DNA of 64,000 nucleotides from Trypanosoma brucei. Taxonomy: Eukaryota. The position numbers and the translations under genes are program-made. The notes beneath the pieces are model-generated. The model worked only from the letters and a program-made list of their open reading frames with translations. It searched no databases and had not been told where the DNA came from. Positions 40,743-49,850 of this stretch are shown in pieces (the first letter of the stretch is position 1; each line of letters begins with the position of its first letter). The stretch is taken from NCBI GenBank assembly GCA_000002445.1, contig CH464491.1, forward strand, positions 1,440,001 through 1,504,000, in the 5' to 3' direction.

Positions 40743-43040
40743 ATGGATATCGTTAATAACAATGGTTCTTTTGTGACACGCACTACTGTTTCCCGTCCCA
40801 TTCCGTTTGAGCGCTATCGTAAACCGTGCATCGCCACTTACCCGAGAAGTGCCGTTTTTCTCAACAAGCGCCGCGCGAATGAGCTACATTGCAGTGGCGC
40901 ACCCGGAAATGAAAATGGAAGTGATGACAATGCGTCTTCCCTCGCCTTTGGTGAAGATAATGGAAAGAATGAGGCGGCAGACGATGACGACCCGCTGAAC
41001 ATCGACCCAGAAACAATGCTTTGCTCCGATGAGCAACTAAAACAAGTGCTTGCTCTCCGCTGGCGCGACGTTGGTCCTAACGGATGCGGGTTGCAGAACA
41101 TGGGAAATACATGCTTTATCAATTGCGTGCTTCAAGCGATAGCGTATACACCTGCTCTTTCGCAATACTTTTCGACTACTTTCCGTTCTCCACACACAGA
41201 CCGGGTGTTGAATGCGCCATTTGACTACGCTTATGCTTTGGGAGAGACAATTCGTAAAATACACACTCCTTCGAGAAACGCATATAAACCAACCGTAATC
41301 ATCAGCAACATTAAGGTGCTTTCACCACACTTTCGCCTTGGAGTGCAAGGTGACGCGCATGAATTTGCCGTGCACCTGCTGCATGCGTGCCACCGTTCAA
41401 TTTTGTTTAGGCAAGTGGGTTCTCGTAAGCTGCCGCAACACATCGAACAAACTTCGACATTACAGCGGATCGTTGGTGGTTACCTTCGTTCCACTGTCAC
41501 TTGGAGTAGGCGGGAGGAGATTCATTACTTGTTAAAGGAGGGGAACCTTCAGGAAGCAAGTAACTTAAAGATGAACGCGAATTCGCGCAAAAGTGATAGT
41601 GATGATGGACACAAGGAACTCATCTCCAACACATATGATCCATTTGTGACGCTTAGCCCAGAGATCTGTGGTCAAACGCTCGAACACTGTTTGTCCAAAC
41701 TCTGCGCGAAGGAAAGGTTGGAGGGACGGGTGTATATAACGCCTCGCGGCGTTACCGTGAACGCTACTAAACAATTTATGTTGCATAAGTTACCGAATGT
41801 TTTAATTATCCATTTGAAACGTTTCAATGAGTTCGGGGCGAAGGTTGGGAAGTTTGTACGATACCCGAAGATACTGAACGTGGGGCCCTTTTGCACGACC
41901 GATGGAACGTTGAAAAAGCTACGTAACCACAAGAGGAGGGGTTACAAGCCCTCGAATGGTCCCGCTAGTTGTGACAGCAGCATTTATAATAGCGAAGCGA
42001 GCAATAGGTCAGTTGAGTGCCTATACGAATTGAACGCCATTTGTGTCCACCAGGGTTCCTCGCTCTCCCATGGGCACTACTTCAGTGTTGTTCGCGCACG
42101 CAATGAATCGTGGATTGAGTGCAATGATGGCCACATTTCACATTGCAGCGAGGACCATGCCCTATCGCAGTCAGCGTATATGCTTTTCTACTCCCGAGTA
42201 GCGGAAAGCTCTGCCACGCCCGATATCAAGTGCAGTCGAGACAATCATACAACACACAGGGGCATGGAACTATCATCGGGTCGTGTTAAACCCTTTACGG
42301 GAAGTACACCACGTAAAATAGTGGGTGAGTGCCCTACTAGCGATGTAGGTCGTGAGTTAACCGACCAAGAGGCGCTACGACTTATTGGAAAGAAGAGAGA
42401 AGTACCCCAGCAGCAGTTAGTACAGACGAACGGTGAGAAGAGAGTTCAACATGTTGGTCTTCCAGCTAGGTTGAAAGGACTCAACACCAAGTCGTCATCA
42501 TCTACTGCTGTACGGGACAACAGCTCCAACAACTCACTGTGGAGTGAACAGGAGACGTGTTCATCTTCCTACGCTTCCTCGGCGGCTTTCGACAGAGAAG
42601 AGAATTCAGTTTGTTCTTCTCGGAAGAATAGTGCACCCGACAGATATTGCGGAATAGTGAAAGCCCTAAAGGTAAACGGGTCGAGGGATGTTGGAAAGGG
42701 AGGGACTTCTCCAACTGACCCTTTGGGGGGCCACAGAAGCAGCGTTGTGGGGGAGGAGGTGTTGAGGGCTATGGAAAAGCATAAGCTGGAGGCTCCATTG
42801 ACTGTTATGCGTCAACCCCATGCGCCAAAGTTTCGACAGCAAGTGCGAGATCCTTTGTGGGAGCAGGAGATGGATCGTGGCCGTACAAAGCGATCAAGGT
42901 TGAAGCGGGATGAAAGCACGGATGAGGAGAACAAATTTCAGAAGGCAGACATTGGGTTTGACAGCCGTGGAAGGCGTCTCCTGAACCAACGAAATGAACG
43001 AGCTAACGGCCGGAGTTTCGCCCACGGAAAATTCTCGTAA
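40743..43040 (+). CDS. Ubiquitin-specific protease (USP, peptidase C19).
   Basis: Cys box GLQNMGNTCFINCVLQAIAYTPAL. His box region HQGSSLSHGHYFSVVR...WIECNDGHIS...AYMLFYSRV. 765 aa, with an N-terminal extension and a basic Ser-rich C-terminal tail. Confidence 0.9.
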   Translation: MDIVNNNGSFVTRTTVSRPIPFERYRKPCIATYPRSAVFLNKRRANELHCSGAPGNENGSDDNASSLAFGEDNGKNEAADDDDPLNIDPETMLCSDEQLKQVLALRWRDVGPNGCGLQNMGNTCFINCVLQAIAYTPALSQYFSTTFRSPHTDRVLNAPFDYAYALGETIRKIHTPSRNAYKPTVIISNIKVLSPHFRLGVQGDAHEFAVHLLHACHRSILFRQVGSRKLPQHIEQTSTLQRIVGGYLRSTVTWSRREEIHYLLKEGNLQEASNLKMNANSRKSDSDDGHKELISNTYDPFVTLSPEICGQTLEHCLSKLCAKERLEGRVYITPRGVTVNATKQFMLHKLPNVLIIHLKRFNEFGAKVGKFVRYPKILNVGPFCTTDGTLKKLRNHKRRGYKPSNGPASCDSSIYNSEASNRSVECLYELNAICVHQGSSLSHGHYFSVVRARNESWIECNDGHISHCSEDHALSQSAYMLFYSRVAESSATPDIKCSRDNHTTHRGMELSSGRVKPFTGSTPRKIVGECPTSDVGRELTDQEALRLIGKKREVPQQQLVQTNGEKRVQHVGLPARLKGLNTKSSSSTAVRDNSSNNSLWSEQETCSSSYASSAAFDREENSVCSSRKNSAPDRYCGIVKALKVNGSRDVGKGGTSPTDPLGGHRSSVVGEEVLRAMEKHKLEAPLTVMRQPHAPKFRQQVRDPLWEQEMDRGRTKRSRLKRDESTDEENKFQKADIGFDSRGRRLLNQRNERANGRSFAHGKFS

Positions 43041-43569
43041 GCGGGTGTATATCTCGGAAGCAGCTACCCAACGTTATTTGCCTTTTGTTAATGTGGTTGA
43101 TGGCAAGGTTTTTATTTGTTAGTCGAGTGATGGCTGTAAGAGTTTGGAGGGGGGGGAGTCTCCCCCTTTTTTTTACTTGCAGTAGATGTGTCGCATCACC
43201 ACTATCAGTGTATATTTAATAATAGCTCGGTTATTGACTAAATGAGAAATGCTACATCGCTAAACGGACTAAGAAATATGTACAGTCATTCCGTTAACGA
43301 AGTCTGTATTTGCCTCTTTGCTCCTTTACCTACGTTTTCCATGATTGAAGGAAAGGGGAGCAAACTCGTCACAGCGTTCTGCTTGTATGTTGTTCTCTCC
43401 CTAATCCTTTACTGCTACGCGCCTCGTCGGTTGGTGCGTTGAAATCACATGGTATTCCGCTCGTCGAAGCATGTTCTCTCGCCTTCTTCACTGTCTTCCA
43501 TTTGTCGAAAACCACTACGTTTTAGAGTCTCACCACAAAACAAAAGTTTTTCTTTATTTACACACCAAG

Positions 43570-43926
43570 ATGATGCGCCGCCTTGCCCTTCAGTCCTCGC
43601 TCCGTCGCGTCACGCCCGCTGCCGTTTCTGTGATGACTCCTGCAAAAGTTACGAGCCCAATTGGCCACGCTATCGCCATTCGTCAGGCCTCCACTGTGGC
43701 CATATCTGTGCAGGGCCTGCATTACGTCGGTACGGGTCTCGCTGCCATTGCTCTTGCAGGTGTGGGTCTCGGCATCGGAACCATTTTTGGTAACCTGCTG
43801 GTCGCTTGTGCTCGGCAACCCAATTTGACAAAGATGCTCTTTAATTATGCAATTCTTGGTTTCGCGCTCACGGAAGCTATCGGCCTATTCGCACTCATGC
43901 TTGCGTTTCTGATGCTCTTCTCGTAG
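43570..43926 (+). CDS. Mitochondrial F1Fo ATP synthase subunit c (proteolipid), nuclear-encoded with an N-terminal mitochondrial presequence.
   Basis: The C-terminal 75 aa, [71 protein letters not shown], is the canonical c-subunit helical hairpin with the GxGxGxG glycine zipper and the essential acidic Glu in helix 2. It is preceded by a roughly 45-aa basic, hydroxylated presequence ([21 protein letters not shown]...). I place the start at the MM pair (43570), not the upstream in-frame ATG at 43471, whose codons lie in pyrimidine-rich UTR-like sequence. Confidence 0.88.
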   Translation: MMRRLALQSSLRRVTPAAVSVMTPAKVTSPIGHAIAIRQASTVAISVQGLHYVGTGLAAIALAGVGLGIGTIFGNLLVACARQPNLTKMLFNYAILGFALTEAIGLFALMLAFLMLFS

Positions 43927-44694
43927 AGTAGTTAGTTGAAACAACGAGTTGCATGGGAAATGTGCAAAAAAAAAAAGTGGCGGAGGGGGGAGAGGGAGAG
44001 GGAAGTGGAGGTGCTGTTGGTTCTCGTTGGTGCATTTATGGTATTGTAACCAACATCCCCCACCGAGGCTGCCTTTTCTAGTTGTACCGTAATTGAATGA
44101 ATGAATAAATGGGGTCTGCATGCTGAGACGGGAAATTCTTATAAGTTTCACCGCGCCCACCCATGCGCAGCATACTTTTGTGTAATGAAGAATGCCACAA
44201 TGGAATGATTATCAACTGGGGGTGGTGGTGGTTGAAAGGTGAGTAGGAGTAAGAGGTGGAGTAATGAATGCAACAGAGCACACTCACCGTATTACGTTAA
44301 GTGGTGTTTCTGTAGTTTCCGCATAGGATAGGAAAGTAGGGATTTTCTCGCGTTTCTTTTGGTCGTTGGTGGCGTCAAATGGGTGTTACTTCGTTCGGTG
44401 TTGTTTTACGTCCCCATCTTCTTGGGTGTAATGAGTGTCTGCAGCGATAGTATATATTTTCCTGCATCCCTGTATTCATTACAATAATTTCTGGTATCAT
44501 TAGAAAAAAAAATCCTTCTCTTCCCCCATTATCTCTTTCTCGTGCGACCCGTTATTGCATTTGTTGATTTTTATTACAGCTGACAAAGTATTCAAAGCTT
44601 TTACGACAAACTGAGGGTGACTGTGGTGTTAGCAGTTTATACATTTTTTTTTTGACATCAAAACTACTGGCTGTTGTGGTAGACAGGAACAAAT

Positions 44695-45543
44695 ATGGAA
44701 GTTGTTGTAAGTTTTTTAAGTGGATGGGCCGGTGGCATAAGTAACCTGCTCGTCGGTCATCCCTTTGATACCGTAAAAACCTTGATGCAAGGCAACAAAG
44801 GGGAATATAAAAATTCTCTTCATTGCGCGAAACGTATTGTGATGGAGGGAGGACCCTTTGCCCTCTATAAGGGTGTTATTGCTCCAATGACGGGAACAGG
44901 TGTCGTCATGGCTCTTTACTTTGTTGCTTACGACGCCACCGAAACCCTAATCCGTAAACTGAAGGGTGTGGATTCACTCACTCCATTGTCTATGGGTGAA
45001 ATCATGTTGTGTGGCGGCAGTACTGGAGTGCTTGGGTCCCTGGTGCTTGGACCTGCAGAACTCCTGAAAGTTCGACAGCAAACCGCACTAAGCTCCGGTG
45101 CCCGTGGGTCATTGCGTGATGTTATTTTAAATATTTATCGGAAAGAGGGACCATTGGGTTTCACACGTGGGATCGGTGCCACTATGCTGCGTGATGTTCC
45201 TGGAAGTATGGCCTGGTTTGGGGCCTATGAATACACAAAGTTGCTGTTGTGTAAAAACCCAAAGGATCCTTCTGTAGGTGAGGCACTTTTTGCCGGTGGG
45301 ATGGGAGGTATAGCCGTATGGTCCTTCTCACTTCCTCTCGATTGCATTAAGACACGAGTGCAGGCAAGCCCTGTACCCCTCACTCCAGTGGTTGCATTTC
45401 GTGCTATTTTGAGTGAGCACGGAATCAAGGGATTCTATCGAGGCATCGGTCCAGCATTACTTCGTGCGTTTCCTGCAAATGCTGCCTGTTTCGCAGCCCG
45501 TGATAAAACGAAGTCCACACTAAACAATCTCTGTGGGATGTAG
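44695..45543 (+). CDS. Mitochondrial carrier family (SLC25) protein of the carnitine/basic-amino-acid carrier type.
   Basis: Three tandem ~95-aa repeats, each with the PX[DE]XX[KR] signature (PFDTVKTLMQ; PAELLKVRQQ; PLDCIKTRVQ). 282 aa with six predicted transmembrane helices. Confidence 0.9.
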   Translation: MEVVVSFLSGWAGGISNLLVGHPFDTVKTLMQGNKGEYKNSLHCAKRIVMEGGPFALYKGVIAPMTGTGVVMALYFVAYDATETLIRKLKGVDSLTPLSMGEIMLCGGSTGVLGSLVLGPAELLKVRQQTALSSGARGSLRDVILNIYRKEGPLGFTRGIGATMLRDVPGSMAWFGAYEYTKLLLCKNPKDPSVGEALFAGGMGGIAVWSFSLPLDCIKTRVQASPVPLTPVVAFRAILSEHGIKGFYRGIGPALLRAFPANAACFAARDKTKSTLNNLCGM

Positions 45544-46458
45544 CGTATTCCTGATGATGGTGGAATGTGGACCCCGCTATTTTTAACGGTTATTTATATA
45601 TGTGTCGTGCCGTGAAAGCGTGATGTGAATTGTCGAATCACGCTGACAGTTTGGCAGGCAAAAGCACTTTGCATTGTCACGTCACGTGTAGGGTTTCAGT
45701 TCATCATCTATATTTTGTTCTTTCAATTTTTTTTTTCGTCATCTACCGTCCCGTTTCCACTTTCCTTTCCAATTGTCAGTGTTTTCTCCCTCTCCCTGTT
45801 ACCGTTGTCCACGGTTTCGGTGCTGGATTTCGGTGATGTAGTGCACTTGATTCCTCATTGCATTCACCCCTCCCCCTTTCCCCGCCTTCCTCTCTCTCTC
45901 TCACACACTCACATGCACATACCATCATTTTTCATAACCCTCAATCAAAAAAAAAAAAAATAATAATAATCTTTTTTCCTCATTGGTCAATTTCTACCCT
46001 TGTGTTTAGATTGTTGAAGAACCCTCTGTACTTACTTCACTGCGTAGCAACAATGTTTTCTTGCAAGAGGTATTTGGTGTGTTTTTGTTGTTCGTGGGGA
46101 GGGGGAGGGGGGCACAGGTGCTCCACACCCTTTAATTTTTTTCCTGCTACTCATTTTTTTTGAATTTAAAGAACAACAGCAAAAACAACAACAACAAAAC
46201 AAACAAACAAACTTTAAAGCTACCGGGTGACAAGCAATATCGGGGTGTTAGGCACAAAAAAAAACATTATACTTTTTCTCTTCTATACCCATCGCTCCCC
46301 CCTTTTTTTGTGGGAACAACGTGCCTCTGCGTGCGAGTGAAAGTTTGTTTTACTTGATTCTTTCTTTCTTGGAACCAAAAGTGGGTATAACAGAATACAG
46401 GTCCACGAATAGGACGCACACCTAAAGCGTATTTTAACTGATAAGAAAAGGAGACTAT

Positions 46459-48171
46459 TTGCATTACCGGATGAATAATAGCCGCATTTGCGTTGCGGTG
46501 CGTAAACGCCCAATAGTTGATGTGGACAAGGATATTGTTGTGGCGCAGTCCCCGCATTTGGTTGTTAATGAACCAAAAGTGAAGTATGATCTGACGCCAT
46601 ACACGGAGCGGCATCAGTTCACCTATGACTGTGTACTGGATGAGAATTCCAACAACGCACTAGTGTATCAGCACTGCTGCTCAAAGCTCATTGATACTAT
46701 ATTTAACCAAGGTAACGCTACGTGTTTTGCATACGGTCAGACTGGCAGCGGCAAAACACACACTATGCTGGGTAATGATCACGAGGCAGGTCTCTACGCT
46801 ATTGCCGCAAAGGAGATATTTGCACGATCTGCCCCACTGAATTCTGACGTTTATGTTTCATTTTACGAGATTTACGGTCGGAAGATATTTGACCTTCTGA
46901 ACAACAAAGAAAAGTTAGTTGCCCGTGAGGACGCGGACAAGGTCATAAACATATGTGGGTTAACGGAACACAAGGTAACAGACATTCAGGGGCTTTTTGA
47001 CATCATTTCACGTGGAAGTACTTACCGTGCGGCTGGCCAAACAAGCGCTAACAACGAGAGTAGCCGGTCACATGCCGTACTACAGATAGAGGTACGTGAC
47101 CCTAATAATCGACGTGGTAAATCTATTGGGCGTATATCTTTTATTGACTTGGCTGGAAATGAGCGAGGAGCGGATACCTTTGACTGCGACCGCAAGACGC
47201 GTATGGAGGGAGCGGAGATCAACAAGTCTCTCCTTGCCTTAAAAGAATGTATTAGGGCATTGGGAATGGGCAAGTCGCACGTTCCATTTCGTGGCTCTAT
47301 TCTCACAGAGGTGCTGCGGGACTCATTTGTTGGTAATAGCCGTACAACAATGATCGCAACCATTTCTCCCACGTCAACTCACTGCGTGAACACCCTCAAC
47401 ACACTTCGGTACACTCAACGTGTAAAGGATCTCGGTGGTGAGGCAAAAGCAGCGCCGAATGAAAAGGCAGAGCGCCGTCCCGTGAGGAGATCGAAACTAT
47501 TCGAGGCACCGCCACCTCTCAAGGCTCGCCCAGAATGGGTTGACAACTTTAGCGCTAACGATGAGGAGCGCGGCGCGGAAGAGGAGGCTAACAGCCAAGC
47601 TGATGTCTCGAAAGCACCACCAAAACCTCGTGCCAATAAAATGGTCGGTAGCGGAGCAACTGGAGGCGGGGCACCGTCGGCTGGCGGCGCCAACAGGGGT
47701 CGGCCACCAAAGCGTGAGGTGGTTGTAAGGGACCCGAAGATCGCAACGATTGTTCAAAATCACATCTCAGCTCTTGATGATGATAGTGATGAAACTGATG
47801 AGGATGAAGAAGAGGCGCCAGCAGCAGGTGCTGTGCTAGATGCCTTGGCCAAGAGTGAAGAGAAGCAGGTGCGCAAAGTTCATGCCCATGTTGTGGAAGA
47901 AATCGCCAAAGCAGAAGAGAAACTGGTGGCTCTGCACCGTCGACACATTGACGCTAAAATGACAGGCATTAAGGATGAGATACGTGCCATCCAGGCTTTT
48001 GAAGAGTCTGACTCTGTAGATGAGTACGTGGGTCGTGTTCGCACTCTGCTGGTGAAGCAAAAGCAAGATGTGGAAACAATTCTTGATTTGCTTAACGGTA
48101 TCACTGGCATGCTCCGTGAGGAAGAAGAACTTTCTTGCACCCTGAACTCTTCCATGAAGAGACGCAATTAA
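46459..48171 (+). CDS. Kinesin-13 (MCAK/Kif2-like microtubule depolymerase) with the motor domain at the N-terminus.
   Basis: ICVAVRKRP. P-loop FAYGQTGSGKTHTM. Switch I NNESSRSHA. Switch II DLAGNERGADT. The kinesin-13-specific LALKECIRALG and KVD/KEC-class residues align almost residue-for-residue with the MCAK motor. The C-terminus has an acidic (DDDSDETDEDEEE) and coiled-coil tail. Confidence 0.9.
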   Translation: MHYRMNNSRICVAVRKRPIVDVDKDIVVAQSPHLVVNEPKVKYDLTPYTERHQFTYDCVLDENSNNALVYQHCCSKLIDTIFNQGNATCFAYGQTGSGKTHTMLGNDHEAGLYAIAAKEIFARSAPLNSDVYVSFYEIYGRKIFDLLNNKEKLVAREDADKVINICGLTEHKVTDIQGLFDIISRGSTYRAAGQTSANNESSRSHAVLQIEVRDPNNRRGKSIGRISFIDLAGNERGADTFDCDRKTRMEGAEINKSLLALKECIRALGMGKSHVPFRGSILTEVLRDSFVGNSRTTMIATISPTSTHCVNTLNTLRYTQRVKDLGGEAKAAPNEKAERRPVRRSKLFEAPPPLKARPEWVDNFSANDEERGAEEEANSQADVSKAPPKPRANKMVGSGATGGGAPSAGGANRGRPPKREVVVRDPKIATIVQNHISALDDDSDETDEDEEEAPAAGAVLDALAKSEEKQVRKVHAHVVEEIAKAEEKLVALHRRHIDAKMTGIKDEIRAIQAFEESDSVDEYVGRVRTLLVKQKQDVETILDLLNGITGMLREEEELSCTLNSSMKRRN

Positions 48172-49850
48172 ATTTTCGAGCTTTCTTCAATTTCAATGCT
48201 CTCAGTTGAAAGGTAAATATATATGTTTATACATATATAAAGGGGTATAGAAGTTGCCCCTAGAGGTGGCGAACGGTTGGTATTTTATTGGGGGTGGGGC
48301 GTGTGGTTCTTTTGTTTTTTTCTCTCCCCCTTCTTAAGTTTCATTCTTTTTCTCTTACGTTCTATTTTCGAAAAAAAAAACCTCTCGGAGCTTCATTAAT
48401 GTTATTGTTATTTCGTTTCACATATTCTGGAGTTCTGACTTTTTAAAGTTTTCCCGCCGGGAAGTACGGCATCCGACGTTTAACGCAGGATGACGTGTTT
48501 TACTATGATGAGAGAAGAGAAGGTTGCCCAATTCCTCTTCCAAGGGAAATAAGGAAACAGAGAGGCAAAAGGGGGAGATAAATGCATACAACCATTTATT
48601 ATTGAACGTGAAGGGGTAGAGTGCGAAATTGTTACCTCCCTGTGTGGTGCGTATCTTTCGATATCTTGAAGTAATGATGCCGTTCGCGCACGCTCACATC
48701 GTTCACGAAAATGCAATCAATCAATACATTCACATCGACACCCACGTAGCGATAGGAATGACAGCGGGCGGGGGAGAGTAAAAAGAAATATATTGAACTG
48801 AATTAAATGGAAGGAAAAGAATGACGGAAAACAAAAAGAAGGAACGGGAGAGATATTAGTGCGAGTTAGTTGGGTGTTAGTCATGTTGAAAAGTGAAGAA
48901 GAGTATGGTTGACGGAGGAGGAGGAGGTTGGAGGGTGGAGGAAGTAAAAAAGGATATGGATGTTGCGATTTGATGTTTTCGTTTCTTCCTTATATTTTTG
49001 TGCACCTACTCGAGTGCGCGTGAAGCCACGAGTAGCGTGTTGGGCGAAGGAAAGAAGGGAGGAGGCAAATACGAAGGGAGTACGTTAGTATATGAAGAGA
49101 AGGAAGTGGGTTTGTAAATGCATGGATCACTAATGTTTGACGATAAGGTCCCTTGTTCTGCCCATTTTATTGTCCTATATTTATTGACTTGCTTTCCCTT
49201 TCTTTTGCGTTCGTTTTAGAGCCAAACCCACTGACTTCTGTCCCTACTAAATTGGATCGTTACACTTCTTCCTGGACGCAATGGACACGCATTTCAATGT
49301 TACACAACGTTTTTATTTTGTTTGTCGTTTTAGTAACACCGTCCTTCACTTTCCCGTACTTAGCACTGGTGTAGCCAGTGTTGGATATCTACTGTCGCGC
49401 GGGACACGATTGCACGTGTTTGGCTTCCCTTTTCCTCCAGATCGGTACCCCTCTTTTACGTAATTATTCCTCCTCCCCCTTCCCTCTTCTCGTGGTTCAC
49501 ATGACTTCCGAGTTCGATGCCATTTCGTCTCAACACGGACTGCTGCGATTGACTGTTGCATCTGTTATCGCTTCCACCGTCGCTGTTCCCTGTTAACGCA
49601 AACCTGTAAATACCTTACATTATCACTTCTTTTTATTTTTTTAATTACCGTCCTTTTCCTTCTCTCCCTTCGTTTTTCTACTGTATGGTCCCTATTCGAT
49701 TACGACTGCTGACTGAACGGAAGCTACGCTTTGTGTAGGGTTGGTTGAGGCAAACCTGCCACCGAGCGCGGTGTGTTGTGTTGCTCACTTACCTAGGGAA
49801 GGGACTGCAAGGTGAACACCAAGGGCGTTTGCGTTTGAGGGAGAGATAAT

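Noticed and set aside
43449-43793. 114-aa Cys/His-rich ORF overlapping the ATP synthase subunit c gene in another frame.
   Set aside because: It is an out-of-frame read-through of the conserved c-subunit presequence and hairpin. The c-subunit frame has unmistakable family signatures, and the alternative frame has none.
48470-48780. Possible C/D-box snoRNA. RTGATGA-like boxes (atgatgag at ~48505; aatgatgc at ~48674) sit in a long intergenic region.
   Set aside because: No convincing paired C/D (CTGA) box at an appropriate distance, no terminal stem and no recognisable rRNA antisense element. This cannot be supported from sequence alone, so it is left as part of the generic ncRNA-search suggestion.
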